This document shows positions 11,221-23,676 of a stretch of DNA of 64,000 nt, piece by piece. Both the position numbers and the translations under genes were made by a program. The notes under the pieces were generated by a model. That model made no database searches. It saw only the letters and a program-made list of their open reading frames with translations, and was not told the DNA's origin. The DNA lies in NCBI RefSeq assembly GCF_006345805.1, contig NC_043007.1, positions 50,096,001-50,160,000 of the forward strand. The letters run 5' to 3'. Numbering within the stretch: the stretch's first letter is position 1; every line of letters starts with the position of its first letter. The stretch comes from Octopus sinensis. Taxonomy: Eukaryota.

Positions 11221-12584
11221 ATATGTATATATAAATACACACATACACACATACACACACACATATATATATATACACATATATATGTGTATATACGCAC
11301 AAATATACGCGCATGTGTTTGTGAGTGTGTGTGCGTGTATGTGTGCGGTTTAGAAAAATGTATATATATACTCCCGAATACAATCGCCATAGTCATACAT
11401 CTGTGCCAGTCTTACTATGTAATGCCCATCCTTCATTTTCTCATGTTATGGAGCTTTTCAATTTCCGAAATATTAATAATTTAAGAAATATATGAACTGA
11501 TTTTACTTTCTATTTTACTCTTTTTACTTTATTTCGAACTTACATCGTATTGTCTTCCTAAAACAATTTTGGGTTGTGTGTGAGTGTGTATGTGGATGTG
11601 TATATGGATGCATGTGTGTGCGTGCCTCGATGGTTGTGTGTCTAAACCGATGTCTCGAGTTTCGACGTGTTATATAAAAACCAATTTAACGGATCGACAA
11701 TTATTGAAGTAGCATACTGAAACATTTATAGGGTCGATATGCTCCAGTTTAGCCACAGTTGAACAACTGAATACTGTGAGAGACAAAGATACTTGTAAAT
11801 GTGCAACTTGATTCAATTTTGTGTCTGGATCGTGAATGTATGTTTGTGTATATGTGTGTAAGTAATTTGTGCATCGGTGTGTTAATGTATCTATGAATGA
11901 GCAGGTTTGTGTATACGTTGGTAGTTTTTCGTTTTTAATATTCAAATTTACAAGGCATTCAAAGATGTTCCCTCTGTGCCATTTAATGAATAAATCTAGA
12001 TTTTTTCTCTCTCAGATAATTCTTGCATGTGAGATATATTCCCTCGCATATCATATGTCGAGCTCTCTTTGTGTTGGTAGTTCATAGGTTCTTCCCATGA
12101 TAAAACTGCCTTGATGTATATAGTTTAAATATTCGTTCCATTACCACAGGATTACTTTAATTGACGTTAGCGATTGGTTGACGGTCTATTTAATGCTTGG
12201 GAGATTAAAAAGATTTTTTCTAAAGTAGGCAAAATATATGATGAGTGAAAAATAATATTTATGATCTACTAATATTTCTTTTTTAATTTTGTTTTTAACA
12301 AGTAAATGATACGGAGCAGGACATGTTGCAACCTTATTGAAGATCTTCGTTGGAAAGGCAGCATCAAAGAAAATTGCAGGGATATATGAACGAACTTTTA
12401 TGCATATATCCAAAAATGTAAGTTACTTGGTGAGAAAAGAAATCGTTTTTCAAAGTTAAATTTGGACGCATACATGGCTAAGTGGCTACGAATTCGCTTC
12501 GCAACCACGTACTTTCGGGTTCAGTCTCCCTTTCTAGCGCTTCAATTAGTTGCATTTAATAGACAGAAACTGTAGAAGCTCGTC

Positions 12585-12615
<31 letters not shown>

Positions 12616-12649
12616 TGTATGTATGTATGTAGTATGTATGTATGTATGT

Positions 12650-13392
12650 ATGTTCTTGCTCCCTGGACGATGAAATAACTTTCAGGCTGCAGAGAACAAC
12701 TTATTCCTTCCGGTCTCTTCAATCTCGTGTCTGGTCCCAGCAAAGCAAACAAAAATTGCTGTGTACCGTGCACGTGAACTTCGCTCCTTTACTCATGTGA
12801 GACATGAACCCTTTACAAATATAAGGATCATTGAACACATTCATCAGAGATGTCTCAGACACATTCTGAATGTTGGCTGGACCTTAAAAACTCCAGATAC
12901 ACAGGTTCTGAGGACAGCTGATATCTTGAGTATTGAGGCGATGGACTGGACACCTTATTAGAATGAAGGATAGCATGATCCCTAAATAAATGCTATACGG
13001 GGAACTTGTGAATGGAAAGAGACCCCGGAAGAAACCATGGTTGTGATTTATGAACTCTGTCAAGTCCTCCTTAAAGGCCTTTGATATGCAGAAGTCTGGC
13101 TGGGAGAACAATGCCTTTCATTGTCACAAATGGAGGGAGCAGGTTAAGGAGGGGGTCGACACTTTTGAGAGAACACGTATTCAGCATGAAGAACTTAAGC
13201 GCGCTGCTCGAAAGCGCACTGCTGGTGTAGTGAATAGGGAAAAATTGGTCTGCAATGTTTGCAGTCGTGTATGCTTGTCAAGATCAGGGCTCATTAACTA
13301 CCAACGGAGCCGCAAAAGCAAAATATAAGTTAATCCTAGCGCGCACAAAGTTCCTGAAGGTCAGTAATGGTCTTCCTCGGTCACGAGTGGAA
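12650..13392 (+). mobile_element. RTE-clade LINE 3' fragment
   Basis: HQRCLRHILNVGW..WTGHLIRM..PK*MLYGEL..KSSLKAF..CNVCSRVCLSRSGLINYQR; ends in (TATG)n. Confidence 0.85.
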
Positions 13393-13548
13393 GGCCGTCA
13401 TGTATGTATGTATGTATGTATGTATGTATGTATGTATGTATCTTCAGTATTTAATCATTAAAATTCTTCCTCCGAAGAAGGAACTGGTTTCTAACAAAGA
13501 TACAAACCTCTATCTTTGTAATCTAGATAACGGAAACAATGTCGCATT

Positions 13549-13607
13549 TAAAACTATGCAAAAATTTTCTCATGTTTAAAACATGAGAAAATTTTTGCAT
13601 AGTTTTA
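13549..13607. repeat. Perfect 59-bp palindrome (29-bp arms, 1-nt centre)
   Basis: taaaactatgcaaaaattttctcatgttt-a-aaacatgagaaaatttttgcatagtttta. Confidence 0.95.
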
Positions 13608-14019
13608 CTGTTCCACTTATAGATTGTATTTGTAATGCGCGAATCAGTTGGTTGATTTCTTTTTCTGAAAATCCAAGCCTATTTACAAAACCAAGTGCAC
13701 AGGTTATTGGTATATATGTAAATTTGTAATCTGGTTATAGAAGCTGGATGTTTCGAAGCAGATTCCATAGTTATCTGATTTCTCTTTGAGCTTCAAAGAG
13801 ATATTCACACCAGTAGGACAGCTGCTAACCTCTATGAATGTACGTACATATTTCTGTCTGTCTGTTTGTCTGGGCCTTTGTATATATTAATGCGGGACTT
13901 GGGTGCGCGTCTCTGTATTTGAAGTTGTCTTCCTAGTGCTTAACAACTGGTGCTAGTTTGTTTACAATACCATAACGTGGTTCGGGGGAAAGATCCCGAT
14001 ATATGCTGGCGTGGCTTTA

Positions 14020-14405
14020 AGGAGCAAGCGTGGCAGTGTACTAAAGAGTTTGTTTCCCAGTCATGTTGTTGCGTGTTCAGATCTACTGCGTGGCACTTTG
14101 GGCAACAGCCTTCTACTCTAGTCTCGGGCCGACCAAGGTCTTTCACAGTAAATTTGGTAGACGGTAACAGAAAGAAGCCTGCCGTATATAAGTGTGCACG
14201 CGCGTGTATTTTTGTATGTGCCTTACTACCGCTTGACAGCCGGTGTTGTGTGTTACCGTCTTCGTAACCTAACGGTTCGGCAAAAGAACCGATAGCATAA
14301 ATACCAGGCCTTAAAAAACGTTCTGCGGTCGAATTTGTCGGGAAAAAATTCTCTAAAGCGTTGTTCCAGCATGGTTGCAGTTTAACGACTAAAACAAGCA
14401 AAAGA
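14020..14405 (+). mobile_element. SINE family K, diverged near full-length copy
   Basis: Collinear with the reverse complement of 47577-47970. Confidence 0.75.
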
Positions 14406-14673
14406 TGTAACAAAAAATAAGTAGCTACCTTGAAAATAAGGTCAGGAGATGATTTGTACGACTGCAACCTTCATGACAGGCTCCAGCATGGCTACAATTC
14501 AATAACTGAAACGAATAAAAGACGAAAAAATTGTAAATGGGTCTGGAACGAGGTTGTCAGATCATAGGATGCATACGTTTCTGTAGCGTTACGCTTCATC
14601 AGCAACGTTCAACGAATCCACCCTTCGTAGTAAACTAAGAATTGATATACTTAATCAGCAAATAGTACTTTTG

Positions 14674-14711
<38 letters not shown>

Positions 14712-15221
14712 GGTGCCCCAGCATGGCCACAACTCGTGAGCTGAAACTAGATAAAATGAAAATGTAAATGAAAATTATATATATATATATATACATATAT
14801 ACATATATATGTATATATAAAAGTAAATAAATGGTACAACGAAGCACCGATATCTACTGGAAAATAGCGAACGTAATAAATACGACGTGTGTGCAACAAA
14901 CATGAATACAATTGTCTTACCTCTAGGAAGAACATCTGAAAAATGAAAAACCTAGATAACGGATACTGCAGTACCGGTTTCGGATTTTTCAAAATACGCT
15001 TGCCACACGTATATTTGATTTATCTTCATCAGCTGCATAAACCTCGACATATATTTCAAACGTTGCCACATCTATGCCAGTACACTCGTCTGAACGCCAA
15101 AACGTTAACAGAACGAGAACAGTGTACCATTTATTTAGTTTTATGTATAATTTTACCCTCAAGGGCTATCCTTTACTGGAAAGTAATACTCTCGTATTGC
15201 ATTACTATTTTCATTTATATA

Positions 15222-15253
<32 letters not shown>

Positions 15254-15724
15254 AATAAGAGTAAATAATTTCTATAAAGTTTTTAAAAAAACCACAATTA
15301 TTTACTGGTAGAATTCGGTATGTAAATATAGCCGATTACCGGCAGGAACTTCTGTAAAGTTCAGTATATATATTGTATATAAGAAAAGGGACAGGCAACA
15401 GGTTGCTTGACCGCATACCGAAAAAATAGAAATAGCAGTCAAGAATGCTTATTTCTATCAAAGTGGGACTCCGGGCACGACAAACCTGTAATTCACATAT
15501 GCAAAACAGAAGGAATAGATATCGAAAACGAAGTCTGGTGGTTATCTGTGAACATCATGTTTCTGGATTATAACATATTGAATATATATTTCATATATAT
15601 TTTTGATATATATTTCATATACATTGTATATATATTTCACATCCTTCTTCAGCACAGCTTTCCATTGAAATAGATTTATCATAGATTTATCAAATGCTAC
15701 GTACCTCAAACCTTCTGACCATGC

Positions 15725-15767
<43 letters not shown>

Positions 15768-16929
15768 GTATATATATTTATGTATAAATAAATGTATATA
15801 GATACACGCTCACACACACACTCACACACACACATTCACGCACACACACACTCACACCACACGCATATACACTCACACACACACGCATGCATGCACACAC
15901 ACACGCATGCATGCACACACACACACATGCATATACATATAACTGTATCGGCAGACGATCGGATGTTGATACACACCGCCAATCTGCGAATCGAAACCAC
16001 GATTTTGAGATTGTGACTGCAACACCCAAACAATTACTCTATAAAGGGGTTTGAACCCAATCTGTACACGCTATCTTTTATAGCTTTATCCTTTTCGAGA
16101 TCCACCGTTCCAGAGAAAATTATTATTGCATGTTTTCTCGATGTTTATAAATACTTACGACGTCAAAAACATACAATTCTTGAATATAAGAATGAAGTTT
16201 CTAAAATGGATATAGAAATTCGAAAGAATGCTTTTCGTTCAATGGTGAAACACCAGTCATGTTTGCAGGAAATGTGGGTTCTAGTCCCATAGGCAACCTT
16301 CCAATATTGTATCCAAAGGGGTTTTTTAACCAATTATTAACAGGCTAATACTTGTAGCTTTATTTTCTTCAAGGATCCACCGTTCCCAAAATAAATTATT
16401 TCATGTTCTCTCAGAGTTTAAAAATTCTTATGACGTCAAAAGTATATGTATGTATCTATATGTATGTATGTATGTGTGTGAATGTATGTACGCATAATAT
16501 ACACGTGGGGCAAGTGTACTGTTTAAAACAACACAGTATTGTGACTGAAAGTTGTAATATAATATAAAACAGAAGCGTCTTCTTCCGTGTTTCCCATGCA
16601 GATATAAGTGAATTATATTCAGAATTGTATTGACATATCAACTCGCAGTTTGGATTGCATAATTCGGCAATTCTAAGATCTTCAAATAGTTTGTATAACA
16701 ATATACATCTGACAAATCCATTTTCCATTTCTTAGAAAAAATGAAAATCTAGATACCCATTGCTGCTCCTGAGAGATTTGAAGATTTTCTTTTCAAATGT
16801 ATCTATGACAGTAACTCACACCGAATGCATCCTTCTTTGCAGTATTATGAAATTATCAAAGAGAATCGTTGTAGAAAATGACTGCAGTCAGTGATTCAAT
16901 ATAGAGATATGTAGTAAGCCTCAGAGTTA

Positions 16930-17265
16930 TGTGACAACAGCGAACATGTTGCATTGGTCAACATATAGCTCCAGCAAACATTCTACATCAAGCAGCATAT
17001 AGCATCAGTCAACAAGCCGAATCAGCCAGCACATAACGCTGGCCAACACGTTTCACCAGACAACATGCACCACCATCCAACATATAGCAATAAGTGACAT
17101 GCAGTGAAGTCCAAGCCCCATTGTGTAGCCACAACCAACGTACAATGCCTGTAAACATGTAGTACCAGTCAGCATGTAGCCTCAGTCGACATGTAACACC
17201 ACTGAACATGTAGCACCAGTCAACATACAACACGAGTTATAATACAACACCTGTCGATATGTAAC
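16930..17265. repeat. Degenerate ~17-bp minisatellite
   Basis: Units such as agtcagcatgtagcctc / agtcgacatgtaacacc / actgaacatgtagcacc. Confidence 0.6.
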
Positions 17266-18275
17266 TCTGCTATTTTGCTCCTGAGCAAAAATTCTTTGAC
17301 CTGTATTGATCTCAGAGAGAAAGCCTGCAATGTGAATGGGGTGTGCATGCAGCATAATGGCGGATTTTCGAAGATTTTGAAGTTTAAACTGCAATGACTA
17401 ACATCGATACTGGCAGGAATGAGCATAAATTCCTTATTATATGGGAAATAGAGGATGGTCACACAAATTCACCTACATTACTGTAGACATGCATATATAC
17501 ATATATGTACCTAAATAGATACACACACATATAGCGACACTCATACAAACAGTAAAGAGATTTATTTTTATTGGACAAAGAGCTTAATACATAGGGGATG
17601 GAGCAAAAGAGTAATATAAAGGGATATAACAACGAACAATGGTGACTTGTAAAGTCGAAATCAAAATTAAAAACATAAATAAGAATATTATAAATAAATA
17701 GCAATAAAGAACAAAATAAGAACAAGTGTACACAAATTGCGGGCGAGTATCAATCACGTAGGACAACCGCTCACTCACTCAGATTACCCGACAGTACAGG
17801 TAGATACCTTCTCCCAATTCTTGCCTCTAAGTATAGCTAATTAAACCAGATCAATTTCGCAGCCTTCTGCACAAATTTTATTGGAATTTTCTACGGATAT
17901 AACTCACGCATCACAAGAGAAATGTAGTAAATGGCAGAAACATCTGGCCTTGTATAAAGATGTTAAATATTATTGATATCTAATACTGTCCTTAAAATTC
18001 AGTACTTTCTTAAGGATTGCTATGGACATCTAATACTGATACCCGGGGATTCCTGACCGAAATATTAGTTTGTTTCGCCATTTATGTAGCTGTGAAAGAA
18101 AAAAAAAACAGAAGAAAGCTTTAGTAACTGCGTTTGGTGTACTCTATGTTTGAATGAGTACGCATATATATAATTATAACGGGAAGCTTTATGAAAATAA
18201 ACTAAAGACGAAGGCAGGTGGAATACAAACAAACAATTGTATTAGTATGGCGCTCAGGAATATAAATAAAACAAG

Positions 18276-18313
18276 TCTTTTACGTTTCGAGCCTACGCTC
18301 TTCAACAGAAAGA
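18276..18313 (-). ncRNA. Minimal hammerhead-like motif with variant core CUGUUGA
   Basis: TCTTT-CTGTTGA-A-GAGC-gtag-GCTC-GAAA-CG-TA-AAAGA. Confidence 0.6.
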
Positions 18314-19107
18314 TACACAGAAAAGAAACACGGAGAGAAACAAGGAGAGAAAAAAAATGCGTGAAGAAGCTAGCGAATCAACATGGCGATCTGATTCCGG
18401 CCAGAAGTCAAAGATCAAACGTGAGACGCAAGAGCGAAAATAGGGGAGATAACAGGGTCAAATGACCACGCCCCAACATAAGGGTGTGTGTATGAGAGAG
18501 TATGTAGTGCATATGAGAGGTCTGGACGTGTGTATGTATGTATGATGTGATGTGTAATGTCGTATGGTGTAGTGTAGAGAGAAGAGATGGGGGGAGAGGG
18601 GAGGGGATGGGGAGGAGATAAGGGGTGGGGTAAGGGAGAGAGAGAGGAGAGGAGAGATGAGGGGGAAGAGGGGAGAGTGGGATAGAGGAAGGAAGGAAGG
18701 AGGAAGAGAGGAAGAGGAGGAAGGGGAAGAGGAGAGAAAAGGAAAGAGGAGAAGAGGAGGGAAGAGGGAGAAGGGGGGAAAGGTGAGAATGAGGAGGGGG
18801 AGAGGGGGAGAAGGAAAGAAGGAGGGGGTGAGGGTGAGATGAGATAAGGGGGAGGAGATAAGATGAGGGGAGATTGAAAGAGGAGAAGAGGAGGGAGGGG
18901 AGGGGAAGGGGGAGAACGAAGGAGAGGAGAAGAGGAGGAGAGAGGAGGAGGGATGATAGAGAGCGGGGGAGAGAGAAGTGGAGTGAGGGAGCAGAGAGAA
19001 AGAGGGAAGGGGAAGAGGAAAGAAGAAAGAGGGAAGAAGGGAAGAGGAGGGAAAGAGAGTAGGGGTGAAAGGATGAAGGACTGAAGAGAAGTAGGGGTCA
19101 AGGGGGG

Positions 19108-19587
19108 TTAGATGAGGAGGGGTCGAGGGGGGTTAGATGAGGAGGGGGGAGAGTTAAGACCAAATGGCGTAAAAGAGCGAAGAGAGAAGTTTAATTCCTG
19201 TTCACGGCGCAAACGGAAATCCGGATGGCCTCTGTGCATGGACAAACCGAACACAGACAGGTGTTGCAAGGAGTGACCGGTGGAGCGGAATTGGCGTGAG
19301 ACCGGTGTGTTGTTGGCAAGGCGGATGTCACGGAGGTGTTCCGCGAACCGGTCAGCCAAGCGGCGTCCCGTTTGTCCGATGTACAGGGAATGGCAGAGAG
19401 AGCAAGAGATGCTATAGATGATATTGCTGGAGGTGCAGGTGAAGGAGTTGATGATGCGATAGGGTCGATGATGGGTGCCAGTGAGGAGGGTGGTGTTGGA
19501 GAGGTAAGGGCAAGTGCGGCAACGTGGGCGGGAGCAGGGGAACGAACCAGGTTGGGAGGTAGAGTCAGGGAAGGAGCTGTGGACCAA
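19108..19587 (-). pseudogene. PLE GIY-YIG endonuclease domain (out of frame with RT)
   Basis: CSRPRCRTC..FTCTSSNIIYSISCSLCHSLYIGQTGRRLADRFAEHL. Confidence 0.85.
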
Positions 19588-19751
19588 AAGGTCTCGTAGG
19601 TTATAGGCTCGTTTGAAGGAGGAGAGGGGTTGGGTAAGGAAGAGGTGTGAAGTGCACGGGTCGGACTGGAGATGCCGGAAAGCTCGAAGAATGGTGCGTT
19701 AGAGAGGTAGGGTCGTGGGGTGGTAAGTGAGGGGAAAAGGGAGGCGGGAGA

Positions 19752-21170
19752 CTACAGGGCGGATTCGGGGGGAGAGAGTAGATGCACGGTCAACGGAACG
19801 TGCTCTGGCAAGGGCGGTGTGGATAGTGGTGAGGGGGTATCCACGTAGGATGAAGTGGTGAGCCATGCGTTGAGACTGAGTCTCAAAGTCATGGTCGTCA
19901 CTACAGAGCCTACGTAGACGGAGGAATAGGGAATAGGGATGGAAAGCTTAGTGTGTTTTGGGTGAGAGGAAGAGAAGCTTAGGTATGAGTGTGAGTCTGT
20001 GTGTTTGTAGTGAATGGAGGTGGTAAGAGTGGAGTGATGAATGCTGACCGAAATGTCGAGGAAGGAGACAGAGGTGTTGGAGATAGTGGAGGTGAAGTGG
20101 AGGGCTGAATGGAAGGATTGAACGAAAGAGAGGAAGGAATCTAGATGTTCACGGGAGAGTGAGGTGGCATCGATAATGTCGTCAATGTAACGACCGTATA
20201 GTTCAGGAGTCGGACCAGTGAAATTAGAGAATATTTGGGCCTCAACATAGCCAACGAACAGGTTCGCATAGTTGGGGCCCATTCGCGTTCCCAAGGCCAC
20301 TTCCGAGATCTGTTGGTAGAGCTTGCCCGCCAACGAGAAGCAGTTGAGAGTAAGGACAAGTTCGGGCAGACGAATGAGTGTGGAGGTGTCAGGTTCAGGG
20401 TTGGGGCGGAGGTCGAGAAAGTGTTGAAGTGCCCGCAGTCCTTCGTGGTGAGGGATGACGGTATAGAGGCTCTGGATGTCCATAGTAAAAAGGATTTTGG
20501 AGGAGCCGGGAGGAAAGGAGAAAGAGTTGAAAAGCCGGAGAGCATGGTTGGTATCGTGGATGTGGGAGGGAAGAGACGCCACTAGGGGGGCAAGGACAAG
20601 GTCGAGGTATTTAGAGATGAGCTCCGTGGGGCAGTTACAGGCGGAGACGATGGGGCGGCCAGGGTTGTTGGGTTTGTGGATTTGGGGGAGGAAGTAAATG
20701 GTGGGGGTGCGTGGGGTTCGCACAATTAGGTTGGATGCGGTGTGGAGGAGACGGGAGGACGAGATGAGGTCGTGGACAGTAGAGGATACCGTCTGTTGGT
20801 AGCTACGTGTGGGGTTAGGGGACAGCTGGGAGTAGAAGGAGGTGTCATTGAGTTGGCGGAGAGCCTTGGCCCTGTAGAGGTCCGCGCTCCACACCACCAC
20901 AGCCGGTTTGATGATAATGTCAGCGCGCCGTTGGAGGGAACGAAGGGCCGAGAGCTCGGCCGGGGAGATATTGAGGCGGCGGTGACGCCTGGAGAAGTTG
21001 AACCGCTCCAACGCACGCTGACAGGCGCCGGCGAAAAGATCCACTGCTAGGAACTGGTCGGGGGCAGGCGTCCACGGGGATGGTCGGCGGCCCAGGTCAG
21101 TGAAGCAGTCCTCATCGTTGGATGCGGGTGGTGAGTCGCGGAAATGCGCACCCAACCGGACGCGGCGCAC
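19752..21170 (-). pseudogene. PLE reverse transcriptase domain
   Basis: IIKPA..IYFLPQIHKPNNPGRPIVS..DIQSLYTVIPH..GTRMGPNYANLF..RYIDD..FLDISV..HYKHTD. Confidence 0.85.
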
Positions 21171-22359
21171 AAAGCTCGCGTCTGGAATTCCTTACAGGAT
21201 GGAGTGAGGAGGATGAACGCAGACCCCTACTAAGGACGGAGCGTTCCGCCGTAGAGAGGGGAAGATCGGGGGGAATGGTAACAACAGACGGAAGTGGAAA
21301 AGGGATGGGTGGAATAGAAGTATGAGGGGTGTATGGAATGGGATTAGGAGTAGGAGGGGTGGTAGGGCTGGTGGAGGCCTGGGGGGGGATTGGGGAGGTG
21401 TGTGGGGGGTTGTTGGGAGAGACAGTGGGGTTAGGTGTGGGTGGATGGAGCCTATCAGGAGGGGAGAATGGTAGTGGAGGAGTTGGGGTGGTGGCGTCGG
21501 GTGTGGTGTAATAGAGGAGTGATTGGAGTTTACGAAGTTTGGTATTGGAAAGAAATTGATGGAAGAGGTGATTCAAATGGATAATGAAGCGTAGCGTGTT
21601 TGGAGCATGGAAAGGCGGCAGAGAGGAGAAAAATATGGAGAAAGTAGAAGGGAAAAGGCGGTTGATGGTATGTAGTTTAGAGAGATTGGAGCGAATGGTG
21701 GCCCGCATAAGGCGGTAAGATGTGGTGCGGAGTATGGGTAAGATGGAAGAAGCCGAGTGGAGAGCAGGGTGGAAATGGAGGCGGAAACGTTTAGGCAGCG
21801 GCTTAGAAAAGAGACGTGGCTAGAGAAGCGGGTTTTTTAAAAAGAAGCAGAGAGAGATTAATGGACGGCTGAAAGCAGTTTGGAGGGAGTAGGCGGAGGT
21901 GATCTTTCAAACGGTGGTGGATAGTGAGGAGGTAGGATTTGTAGTCCGGCATGGTGGAATAGTGAAAAAAAAGGAGAGGAAAAAAGGAGGGAGGGGGAAA
22001 ATCAAACGTTCGAAAAAAAACAACAAAAAAAAACAATCGTATGAAAAAACTAGATAAAAAAAGCGGTAATGGCAGAAAATAGAGGCGAAGATGGGACAAA
22101 TGGAAAAGGAAAGAAAGGAAGGAAGCAGAGAGATGGGGAGGCAAGAAAAAGGGGGTGCAGGCAGAGGAAACAGAGTATGGACATCCAGAGAAGAAAGACA
22201 CGACGGAAAGGAGGACAAAAAATGCAGGAAATTGTGGAAAGTATGAAATGAATGTAAAAAAAAGATAATATATGAGAAAATAAAATAAAACGAACGGGAC
22301 AGTTTATACGAACAAGTTCAAGGTTGAGAGTTCAAGGTTAACAATGTATAGACGTCGTA

Positions 22360-22426
<67 letters not shown>

Positions 22427-22821
22427 TATATATATATGAGAAATTAAAGATGGAAAATGCACACACTTTACACAGTTTTTATAAAATTTTTGCAATATCT
22501 TTAATTGTGTTTGTAGACCGGTTTCGCTTTCGCTATTCATGACATAAAAATTTATTTAAATACGCATTTTAAAGAAGAATTTTTTGTCCATGTTGTGTGT
22601 GGAGTTTATGAATAAACTATTCAACATTTAGAAAAATCTAAAGGGAGGTAATTGGTTATCGATATTATTGTGGGCAGGGTAGATAACTGCTCACTTTTCG
22701 GCAGGGTGGTGGGAATATATATATATACACAAAAATTCAAACACTAGAGTGGTTGTGAGAAATATATACAGTGATGGGTATGTAATCGTGAATTTTTGTG
22801 TATATATATATTATATATATA

Positions 22822-23676
22822 TATAACGGGAAGCTTTATGAAAATAAACAAAAGACGAAGGCAGGTGGAGTACAAACAAACAATTGTATTAGTATGGCGC
22901 TCAGGAATATAAATAAAACAAGTCTTTCACGTTTCGAGCCTACGCTCTTCAACAGAAAGATACACAGAAAAGAAACACGGAGAGAAACAAGGAGAGAAAA
23001 AAATGCGTGCAGAAGCTAGCGATTCAACATAGCGAACTGATTCTGGCCAGAAGTCAAAGATCAAACGTGAGACGCAAGAGCGAAAATAGGGGAGATAACA
23101 GGGTCAAATGACTTCGCCCCAACATAAGGGTGCGTGTGTGTATGAGGGAGTATGTGGTACGTATGAAAGGTCTGGACGTGTGTATGTATGTATGATGTGC
23201 TGTGTAATGTCGTATGGTGTGGTGTAGAGAGGGGAGATGAGGGGGAGAGTGAGGAGAGAGTGAGGAGAGGAGATGGAGGAGGGAGAGGGGAGGAGAGAGG
23301 GAGGGGGGTGAGAGGGGGAAGAGGGGAAAGGAAGAGGGAGAAGAGGAAAGGTGAGAGTGAGGAGGGTTAGATGAGGGGGAGGGGGAGAGGGGGAAGGAAA
23401 GAAGGAGGGGTGAGGGTGAGATGAGAGGGGGAGAAGGAAAGAGAAGAAGGGGGAGGGGGAGAGGGAAGGAGAGGAGAAGAGGAGGGGTGGGAAAGGAGAG
23501 GAGGGAGGGGAGAGGAGGAAGGGGGAGGGTAGGAGGGAGAGAAGGGGAGTGAAGGAGCAGACAGAGAGAAGGGGAAGAGGGAAGAAGAAAGAGGAAAGAA
23601 GAAAGAGGAAAGAAGGAAGAAAGAGGAAAGAAGGGAGAAGAGGGAAGAGGGAAGAAAGAAAGGAAGGAGGAAGGAA
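22822..23676 (-). mobile_element. 5'-truncated second copy of the Neptune PLE 3' end
   Basis: Closely matches 18175-~19050 with scattered substitutions. Confidence 0.9.
22923..22960 (-). ncRNA. Minimal hammerhead-like motif (CUGUUGA core, GUG triplet, predicted inactive)
   Basis: TCTTT-CTGTTGA-AGAGCGTAGGCTC-GAAACG-TG-AAAGA. Confidence 0.5.

Larger units (their letters stand above)
18175..22360 (-). mobile_element. Near full-length Penelope-like retroelement (Neptune-type), frameshifted
   Basis: N-terminal TRFSSHVSFLSRCL..PKRFRL; RT motifs; Cys-rich linker plus GIY-YIG; 3' end with minimal hammerhead; TA runs at both ends. Confidence 0.9.

Noticed and set aside
12300-12425. Possible host exon ending at AAT|GTAAGT (YGAGHVATLLKIFVGKAASKK..)
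   Set aside because: No convincing acceptor and no recognisable protein similarity
13940-14467. 175-aa ORF
   Set aside because: Antisense read-through of a SINE family K copy
15000-15040. CTGATGA on the minus strand (15026-15032) as a hammerhead
   Set aside because: No GAAA at a workable position and no stem I
19336-21050. Plus-strand ORFs 19336-19599, 20235-20585, 20476-20697, 20742-21050
   Set aside because: Antisense frames of the GC-rich PLE
22822-23676. Upstream pseudo-LTR of the 18175-22360 PLE
   Set aside because: Separated from the element by (TA)n and the left arm of another repeat, and visibly diverged; better explained as an independent truncated insertion
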